Of a stretch of DNA of 5,563 nt, positions 1 to 4,527 are shown piece after piece. The DNA is from a virus (Duplodnaviria > Heunggongvirae > Uroviricota > Caudoviricetes), in IMG/VR virus record IMGVR_UViG_2617270980_000005; one strand, given 5' to 3'. The notes beneath the pieces are model-generated. The model did no database searches, was not told the DNA's origin, and was given only the letters and a program-made list of their open reading frames with translations. The translations under genes and the position numbers were made by a program. How positions within the stretch are numbered: the stretch's first letter is position 1; each line of letters opens with the position of its first letter.

Positions 1-229
1 CCAGCTCTTTCAGACGCTGACGTTCAGCGCTGGTGAGCCCACCATCACCGCCCCCGGTATCCCGCTCATGCTGGCGAACCCAGACACGCAGAGTCTCCGG
101 CGTACAGCCAATCTTTGGGGCAATGGAACAAATTGCCGCCCACTGTGAGTCATATTCATCCTGACTTTCCAGAACCATACGAATCGCCCGCTGACGGACT
201 TCGGGGGAAAAACGAGTATTTTTAGTCAT
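1..229 (-). CDS. IS3-family transposase OrfA, N-terminal 76 codons (partial, runs off window start)
   Basis: ATG at 229-227 on the minus strand, preceded by GAGG (AAAGAGGTAAACAGG ATG); open frame to position 1; HTH-type N-terminus characteristic of IS3-family OrfA. Confidence 0.8.
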   Translation of the reverse strand, partial: MTKNTRFSPEVRQRAIRMVLESQDEYDSQWAAICSIAPKIGCTPETLRVWVRQHERDTGGGDGGLTSAERQRLKEL

Positions 230-283
230 CCTGTTTACCTCTTTCTCAGGGAGTTTAGTCTCCAGGATTTCCGGGGCGGTTCA
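1..283 (-). mobile_element. IS3-family insertion sequence (IS629/IS1203-like), partial; one terminus at 283, element continues beyond the window start
   Basis: Reverse complement of 231-283 reads TGAACCGCCCCGGAAATCCTGGAGACTAAACTCCCTGAGAAAGAGGTAAACAG, a TGA-initiated terminal inverted repeat typical of IS3-family ends, followed immediately by the orfA start. The encoded protein begins [76 protein letters not shown], which I recognise from memory as IS629/IS1203-type OrfA. Exact IS name not verified. Confidence 0.8.
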
Positions 284-459
284 GAGTTGTATACATCGCC
301 ACTGGCAACCAGCTCTCTGGCAAGAGCGCTCATCAGATATCTTGTCGCACCTGTCTTGGCTTCCAGTTGCCGTAACGTCTCACGACCGCTCTGGCGCACG
401 AGTTCCACCACCTGCCCTTTAATTTTTTCCCGCTCTTCTTGTGTAAAAACTTTTGCCAC
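284..459 (-). pseudogene. 5' portion (58 codons) of a phage gene downstream of the replication initiator, interrupted by the IS; the 74-aa ORF in the track is a fusion whose last ~15 residues are encoded by the IS terminus
   Basis: GTG start at 459-457 preceded by GGGGGA Shine-Dalgarno (AAGGGGGACTT GTG), 40 bp after the initiator stop. Native frame reads MAKVFTQEEREKIKGQVVELVRQSGRETLRQLEAKTGATRYLMSALARELVASGDVYN, then crosses the IS boundary at 283/284 and stops inside the IS inverted repeat. Identity of the native protein not recognised. Confidence 0.5.
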
Positions 460-499
460 AAGTCCCCCTTAAAATTACCTCATGACCTGAAATCAACAC

Positions 500-1465
500 T
501 TATCCCCTGAAACCAGGCGGAATTTCGGTATCCGGTTCAGAAATATGATTCACACAACGCTTTATTGGCGAACGCCCCAGGCGAATAACCAGCTCATCCC
601 ATTTTTCGCGAAGCTTTGACGGACTCATGATGTTTTTGACCCAGAATGGATCTCGCTGTACCCGACCAAACATTTCGCAAATTTGTCTGTGGCTTCTGCC
701 ATCCAGCATCCGCATTGTGCGCACGTCATTGGCCCAGGCAGTCCAGTTAGGCTCTTTTGGTCGCATGATCTCGCCATCATCACTGGCGGCCTGTTCGTAG
801 AGACCCACGATCCGCCCCCAGATCCACTGCGCACACGCCAAATCCTCCCTGCTACCCCACTGCCGTTTTTTCGCACTAAACACAACTGCGTCAGGGTGCC
901 GGATTAAAAAATCCTGTTCAGCCGTCTGCTGGTCCGGTTGCAAAGCTTCCGGACGAAAAGTGTTTTTATTCTCTGTAGTAATCTCTGTTGTATTCTCTGT
1001 AGGATCATCGGGCCATTTTGACCCGATGACATTGGGTCGTTTTGAACCAATGGAGCGTTTCATTTTGACCTCTTCCATCATGTCATTTTGACCTGATGGA
1101 GCGACGCATTTTGAACTGATGGATTCGCTCAATTTGCCACCATCTAAAAGATCGCTCCCATAGTTGATCGTGTAGAAATTGGTCATGTCGCGCTTTGATT
1201 TATTGAGCTTTTCGCAACGCAAAAGCCCCAGCGTTTTCAGACTTGCAAACGCGCGCTTTAACGTTGACTCTGACCAGAACGGGAACTGCGCCAGCCATTG
1301 TTCCGTTGTGTTGTAAATCCAGCGAACACCATCACATTCCATGCCGGAATTGGTATCTCTCAACCAGTAATGCAGTTGCTGCAACACAATGGCTTCGTTT
1401 AAGCCAATCTTCATCGCAAGCTGTGTGTTTATAACCAGTGGGCGTTCAGCAAAAAGAAGGCTCAT
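500..1465 (-). CDS. phage replication initiator / replisome organiser (lambda O-like role), 321 aa from ATG 1465; the track ORF extends to an upstream TTG at 1519
   Basis: Long minus-strand ORF in the position lambda O occupies (after cro-like and cII-position genes). It contains in-frame DNA iterons in the interdomain linker (…SIGSKRPNVIGSKWPDDPTENTTEITTENKNT…), a hallmark of O-type initiators whose origin lies inside the gene. Domain family not assigned from memory. Confidence 0.8.
   Translation of the reverse strand: MSLLFAERPLVINTQLAMKIGLNEAIVLQQLHYWLRDTNSGMECDGVRWIYNTTEQWLAQFPFWSESTLKRAFASLKTLGLLRCEKLNKSKRDMTNFYTINYGSDLLDGGKLSESISSKCVAPSGQNDMMEEVKMKRSIGSKRPNVIGSKWPDDPTENTTEITTENKNTFRPEALQPDQQTAEQDFLIRHPDAVVFSAKKRQWGSREDLACAQWIWGRIVGLYEQAASDDGEIMRPKEPNWTAWANDVRTMRMLDGRSHRQICEMFGRVQRDPFWVKNIMSPSKLREKWDELVIRLGRSPIKRCVNHISEPDTEIPPGFRG
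961..1125. repeat. candidate phage replication origin: five ~23-bp iterons (1009-1123) plus an adjacent AT-rich region with a 3x ~12-bp direct repeat (961-1008)
   Basis: Direct repeats with cores CATTTTGACC (1014), CGTTTTGAACC (1038), CATTTTGACC (1061), CATTTTGACC (1084), CATTTTGAAC (1107), spaced 23-24 bp. Several have inverted-repeat arms (ATCGGG..CCCGAT, CATTGG..CCAATG, CCATCA..TGATGG). Flanking 961-1008 is AT-rich with TCTCTGT(A/T)G three times. Confidence 0.65.
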
Positions 1466-1967
1466 AATTCCATCCAGCTTTTTGTTGGTATTGCTGTCGA
1501 TACGCAAGCTTGAAAGCAATTGCTTTTTCTATAAGTTCGTCAGTTTCACGATCTACAACGGCAGGATCTGCAAAAAGCAGTCCGGACTCCACCACATCGC
1601 CATATTCTTTATTTAACCCAGCGATCATGTACGTAATGCTCTTTCCGTCACTAATTTCACGATACAACCTGAAATCACTAATCCGGATAGCCTCCATAAT
1701 TGCAGGCACTAGCGCTGTGAACTTTTCACGCTTATCCCTGGTGTCGATAGCCTTCCAGCGTTCAAATATCTTCACTCGATTAACGCTAAGCGCTCGCTGA
1801 TCAACCGCGCCACCTTCATATGTGACACGCTGAACATCGATGTTCGGGCGCTCTTTCAAAGCCCAGAATGCTTCAGTGATTAATATCGTCGCCTGCTCCT
1901 GTGTCATTCCTGGTCGACATATCCAGGCATCCAGAGCCTCACGAGCCTGTTCAGGAGTGATTTTCAT
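1446..1967 (-). CDS. hypothetical prophage early protein, 173 aa, in the cII position between the cro-like gene and the replication initiator
   Basis: ATG at 1967-1965; overlaps the dicC 3' end by 17 bp and the initiator start by 20 bp (compact operon). Protein MKITPEQAREALDAWICRPGMTQEQATILITEAFWALKERPNIDVQRV… looks globular and charged-balanced. Likely the intact counterpart of the decayed ydfX/ydfW region of K-12 Qin (from memory, unverified). Confidence 0.7.
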   Translation of the reverse strand: MKITPEQAREALDAWICRPGMTQEQATILITEAFWALKERPNIDVQRVTYEGGAVDQRALSVNRVKIFERWKAIDTRDKREKFTALVPAIMEAIRISDFRLYREISDGKSITYMIAGLNKEYGDVVESGLLFADPAVVDRETDELIEKAIAFKLAYRQQYQQKAGWNYEPSFC

Positions 1968-2181
1968 TGTTCAACCGCCCCGCCCGCTTCGTCTTACGAT
2001 ATTCGTCATAAACTTTGGGATCATACTGAAGCTCCCCGCCAGATGCCTCCTGTAGACGCATCGCGCGACCTTCGGGAACTAAATCCCCTTTCCAGCTATA
2101 AAGCGAAGCCAAACGAATACCTGCTGCTTGTGCAAGTTTTGTTTTTGAACCGAAATACAAAAGAGCGTCAGTTTTAAGCAT
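1951..2181 (-). CDS. dicC: DicC, Cro-like HTH regulator of the Qin-type immunity switch (76 aa)
   Basis: ATG at 2181-2179 with AAGG 7-8 nt upstream on the minus strand; protein MLKTDALLYFGSKTKLAQAAGIRLASLYSWKGDLVPEGRAMRLQEASGG… matches remembered DicC; divergent from dicA. Confidence 0.9.
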   Translation of the reverse strand: MLKTDALLYFGSKTKLAQAAGIRLASLYSWKGDLVPEGRAMRLQEASGGELQYDPKVYDEYRKTKRAGRLNNENHS

Positions 2182-2264
2182 TTAAAACACCTTAGATGTT
2201 AGTCATGGCTAACAAAATAGATGTTAACAAAAACATAGTCAATACGATTTAGCATTAGCTAACT
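2182..2264. promoter_or_regulatory. divergent dicC/dicA promoter-operator region with three dyad-symmetric candidate operator sites
   Basis: Dyads TGTTAGtcatggCTAACA (2197-2214), ATGTTaacaaaAACAT (2221-2236), TTAGCattaGCTAA (2249-2262). Candidate PdicC on the minus strand: -35 TTGACT (complement of 2237-2242), 17-bp spacer, -10 TATTTT (complement of 2214-2219). The second dyad sits in the spacer and the first overlaps the -10/+1 region. Confidence 0.6.
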
Positions 2265-2672
2265 ATGGATACAAAAAATTTAACCATCGGCGAACGCATT
2301 AGGTATCGTCGGAAAAACCTCAAACACACCCAAAGGTCTCTTGCTAAAGCCCTGAAAATCTCCCATGTGTCTGTATCACAATGGGAACGGGATGATAGTG
2401 AACCTACAGGGAAGAACCTTTTTGCCCTCAGCAAAGTATTGCAATGCTCACCAACATGGATTCTATTTGGCGATGAAGACAAGCAACCAACACCACCTGT
2501 TGAGAAGCCGGTTGCCTTAGCCCCCAAAGAACTAGAGCTCCTTGAGCTGTTTAATGCACTGCCAGAATCAGAACAGGATACCCAGCTCGCCGAAATGCGA
2601 GCTCGAGTAAAAAATTTCAATAAACTCTTTGAAGAATTACTAAAAGCCCGTCAGCGGACAAATAAAAGATAA
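2265..2672 (+). CDS. dicA: DicA, XRE/CI-family HTH repressor of the dicB operon (135 aa)
   Basis: Protein MDTKNLTIGERIRYRRKNLKHTQRSLAKALKISHVSVSQWERDDSEPTGKNLFALSKVLQCSPTWILFGDEDKQ…KARQRTNKR matches remembered DicA essentially full length; N-terminal HTH; divergent from dicC. Confidence 0.95.
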   Translation: MDTKNLTIGERIRYRRKNLKHTQRSLAKALKISHVSVSQWERDDSEPTGKNLFALSKVLQCSPTWILFGDEDKQPTPPVEKPVALAPKELELLELFNALPESEQDTQLAEMRARVKNFNKLFEELLKARQRTNKR

Positions 2673-2700
2673 CATCATCAATGAGTTATCTTTTATTATA
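2664..2700 (+). terminator. weak candidate intrinsic terminator overlapping the dicA stop
   Basis: Inverted repeat AAAAGATAAC (2664-2673) / GTTATCTTTT (2685-2694) with an 11-nt loop, followed by ATTATAT. The stem is AT-rich, so termination efficiency is doubtful. Confidence 0.3.
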
Positions 2701-2706
2701 TCAATT

Positions 2707-2762
2707 ATGTTAGCCATAACATACAAAATCACTTGACCAATATGTTAGTTATGACTAATCTT
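2707..2762 (+). promoter_or_regulatory. candidate dicB-operon promoter (PdicB) with two operator-like dyads
   Basis: -35 TTGACC (2734-2739), 16-bp spacer, -10 TAATCT (2756-2761). Dyads ATGTTAgccaTAACAT (2707-2722) and TTAGTtatgACTAA (2745-2758) share half-sites with the dicA/dicC intergenic dyads; the second lies between -35 and -10. Confidence 0.55.
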
Positions 2763-2838
2763 GTTTACATCAACACACCGCACGGTGTTCTCAGCAAACA
2801 GTTCCGCCACCCCGGCGTTAAGGGGAAATGAGGTCAGC

Positions 2839-2994
2839 ATGGATACTATCGATCTTGGCAACAGCGAATCTCTGGTATGTGGCGTGTTCCCCAATCAGGA
2901 CGGCACGTTCACCGCGATGACGTATACCAAAAGCAAAACGTTTAAAACCGAAAATGGTGCCCGTCGCTGGCTGGAAAGAAACTCAGGTGAGTGA
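2839..2994 (+). CDS. ydfA: YdfA-like small protein (51 aa), first gene of the dicB operon
   Basis: ATG 2839 preceded by GAGG (AAATGAGGTCAGC ATG); protein MDTIDLGNSESLVCGVFPNQDGTFTAMTYTKSKTFKTENGARRWLERNSGE matches remembered YdfA length and sequence. The track ORF start at 2761 is an upstream in-frame TTG without RBS. Confidence 0.85.
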   Translation: MDTIDLGNSESLVCGVFPNQDGTFTAMTYTKSKTFKTENGARRWLERNSGE

Positions 2995-2995
2995 T

Positions 2996-3571
2996 ATGGA
3001 TTTCGACACAATCATGGAAAAGGCTTACGAAGAATACTTCGAAGGCCTTGCCGAAGGCGAAGAAGCTCTCAGCTTCAGTGAGTTTAAACAGGCACTCAGA
3101 ATAAGAATGTGCTCTCACAATGACGCGGAGCACAAATATGAGAAGCAAAATCAGACCGCAGAAAATTTTGTTCTGGAACCCGGAGAAACGCTTTTCAAAA
3201 TTCCCGTTACGTGCCCCATTTGCGGTTTTACATCAGAAGAACTTGACGACTCCTGTAACAATCAGGAAACAACCAAGTATGTCGAAGATGATACCGAGTG
3301 CGCACGAAGAACGATTATATCCACGAGTCCAAACTCCAGGACCAATAAATCTCACCTTGAGAGGGTAATTAATCCACTCCCCCAAACCAATAAAAAAGAT
3401 GCCGGAGGACAAAAAACCCAATGGAACAACGGGATATCTGTCAAAAAAAGACGTTCCATTAAAGACAAACAACGCAGCGCCAACAACTGTAAGCGCTTTA
3501 TACCAGTAATCAATTTTCATGTTCTTAAGCGGATTTATTGGTGGTTGCGACATTGCTTAATGAATCCTTAA
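2996..3571 (+). CDS. ydfB: YdfB-like protein, here as an extended 191-codon frame (acidic N-terminal region, CPICG..C motif); 3' extent uncertain
   Basis: ATG 2996 with AGGTGAG Shine-Dalgarno, start coupled to the ydfA stop (TGAtATG). N-terminal ~105 aa look protein-like (MDFDTIMEKAYEEYFEGLAEGEEALSFSEFKQAL…VTCPICGFTSEELDDSC…). The C-terminal half is low-complexity K/N/R/S-rich with rare Arg/Ile codons and is overlapped by an alternative + frame (3138-3368) and a minus-strand ORF (3233-3553), so the true coding end is unresolved. Confidence 0.5.
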   Translation: MDFDTIMEKAYEEYFEGLAEGEEALSFSEFKQALRIRMCSHNDAEHKYEKQNQTAENFVLEPGETLFKIPVTCPICGFTSEELDDSCNNQETTKYVEDDTECARRTIISTSPNSRTNKSHLERVINPLPQTNKKDAGGQKTQWNNGISVKKRRSIKDKQRSANNCKRFIPVINFHVLKRIYWWLRHCLMNP

Positions 3572-3830
3572 AACTGTGGTGATTTTAAGGATACCACCTC
3601 GCCTGACGTGGTTAAAAGCAGGCACACAACACGAAAGCGCACGGCGAAGTTCGTCTCACTGTACGGTGTCGTTAAATTTAATTCGACCGTGCGCTTCCGG
3701 TTGTGGCAACCCGCGAAATGGCGCGGCGGTAAGTATGGCGGGGTTATTCCTTCCCCGTTGAGGACACCGAGTTGTCAGGTTGACCATACGCTTAAGTGAC
3801 AACCCCGCTGCAACGCCCTCTGTTATCAAT

Positions 3831-3883
3831 TTTCTGGTGACGTTTGGCGGTATCAGTTTTACTCCGTGACTGCTCTGCCGCCG
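3831..3883 (+). ncRNA. dicF: DicF small regulatory RNA (about 53 nt)
   Basis: TTTCTGGTGACGTTTGGCGGTATCAGTTTTACTCCGTGACTGCTCTGCCGCCG matches the remembered DicF sequence nearly base for base; located between the ydfB/ydfC region and dicB as in the Qin dicB operon; followed by a T5 run. Confidence 0.9.
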
Positions 3884-3888
3884 TTTTT
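3846..3888 (+). terminator. candidate intrinsic terminator forming the DicF 3' end
   Basis: GGCGG (3846-3850) pairs with CCGCC (3878-3882) enclosing an inner CAGT/ACTG helix, followed by GTTTTT (3883-3888). The stem is imperfect, hence moderate confidence. Confidence 0.45.
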
Positions 3889-4057
3889 AAAGTGAATTTT
3901 GTGATGCGGTGAATGCGGCTAAGCGCACGCGGAACAGTTAAAACCAAATACAGTGTTATGGGTGGATTCTCTGTATCCGGCGTTAATTGTTAACTGGTTA
4001 ACGTCACCTGGAGGCACCAGGCACTGCATCACAAAATTCATTGTTGAGGACGCGATA

Positions 4058-4246
4058 ATGAAAACGTTATTACCAAACGTTAATACGTCTGAAGGTTGTT
4101 TTGAAATTGGTGTCACTATCAGTAACCCTGTATTTACTGAAGATGCCATTAACAAGAGAAAACAAGAACGGGAGCTATTAAATAAAATATGCATTGTTTC
4201 AATGCTGGCTCGTTTACGTCTGATGCCAAAAGGATGTGCACAATGA
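4058..4246 (+). CDS. dicB: DicB, cell-division inhibitor (62 aa)
   Basis: ATG 4058 with GAGGA 9 nt upstream; protein MKTLLPNVNTSEGCFEIGVTISNPVFTEDAINKRKQERELLNKICIVSMLARLRLMPKGCAQ matches remembered DicB. The longer 97-aa track ORF (3953) is an in-frame 5' extension without RBS. Confidence 0.95.
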   Translation: MKTLLPNVNTSEGCFEIGVTISNPVFTEDAINKRKQERELLNKICIVSMLARLRLMPKGCAQ

Positions 4247-4434
4247 ATTCAGCATTTGCGCTTGTTCTGACAGTTTTTCTTGTTTCCGGAGAGCCAGTTG
4301 ATATTGCAGTCAGTGTTCACAGGACAATGCAGGAGTGTATGACTGCAGCAACCGAACAGAAAATTCCCGGTAACTGTTACCCGGTCGATAAAGTTATTCA
4401 CCAGGATAATATCGAAATCCCGGCAGGTCTTTAA
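4243..4434 (+). CDS. ydfD: YdfD, small prophage lysis protein with N-terminal hydrophobic segment (63 aa)
   Basis: ATG 4243 overlaps the dicB stop (ATGA); AAGGA 9 nt upstream; protein MNSAFALVLTVFLVSGEPVDIAVSVHRTMQECMTAATEQKIPGNCYPVDKVIHQDNIEIPAGL. Confidence 0.9.
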   Translation: MNSAFALVLTVFLVSGEPVDIAVSVHRTMQECMTAATEQKIPGNCYPVDKVIHQDNIEIPAGL

Positions 4435-4527
4435 AACAGTTCCGTAATAAATATCCGGTTTCATTCTTATATGCCAGCAATGGCAGGGATTTGTTCATCC
4501 TTAAATCTGTCATGAGGTTAAAACAAA

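Noticed and set aside
287-472. 61-aa plus-strand ORF
   Set aside because: Entirely antisense to the GTG-initiated truncated gene and spans the IS boundary; no RBS; composition typical of a shadow frame.
625-907. Two overlapping ORFs (625-885 minus, 683-907 plus) inside the replication-initiator gene
   Set aside because: Both lie within the 321-aa initiator ORF, in alternative or antisense frames, Gly/Ser/Pro-rich with no start context.
1009-1123. Possibility that the 23-bp repeats are a CRISPR array
   Set aside because: Repeats are about 10-bp cores in 23-bp phasing with no unique spacers of CRISPR size, they are inside a coding frame, and there are only five units; iterons explain them better.
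1243-1800. Plus-strand ORFs 1243-1434, 1389-1616 and 1510-1800
   Set aside because: Antisense to the initiator and the 173-aa gene; low-complexity Ser/Thr/Leu-rich translations; no RBS.
1840-2055. 71-aa plus-strand ORF
   Set aside because: Antisense to the 173-aa gene and dicC junction; the minus-strand genes have recognisable products and starts.
2255-2620. 121-aa minus-strand ORF
   Set aside because: Completely antisense to dicA, which is confidently identified; Ser-rich shadow frame.
2761-2838. N-terminal extension of ydfA from a TTG at 2761 (77-aa version)
   Set aside because: No RBS at 2761; the extension overlaps the candidate promoter -10; ATG 2839 has a good GAGG and gives the expected 51-aa product.
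2942-3148. 68-aa minus-strand ORF
   Set aside because: Antisense to the ydfA/ydfB junction where the sense frames are well supported; no start context.
3120-3368. Alternative plus frame (82 aa, or 76 aa from ATG 3138), possibly the frame annotated as ydfC in K-12
   Set aside because: Not rejected outright, but not called: R/K/P-rich, no RBS, fully overlapped by the 191-codon frame; I cannot decide between frames without comparative data.
3576-3799. Two overlapping plus ORFs (61 and 63 aa) in the leader upstream of dicF
   Set aside because: GTG/alternative starts without RBS, highly basic or Ser/Arg-rich translations, located in a region with extensive RNA secondary structure; more likely non-coding.
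3953-4057. Longer 97-aa version of dicB starting at 3953
   Set aside because: No RBS at 3953 and it would overlap the dicF terminator region; ATG 4058 has GAGGA and gives the canonical 62-aa DicB.
3919-4194. 91-aa minus-strand ORF
   Set aside because: Antisense to the dicF-dicB interval and dicB; no RBS; dicB on the plus strand is secure.
4249-4464. 71-aa minus-strand ORF
   Set aside because: Antisense to ydfD; Cys/Asn-rich shadow frame.
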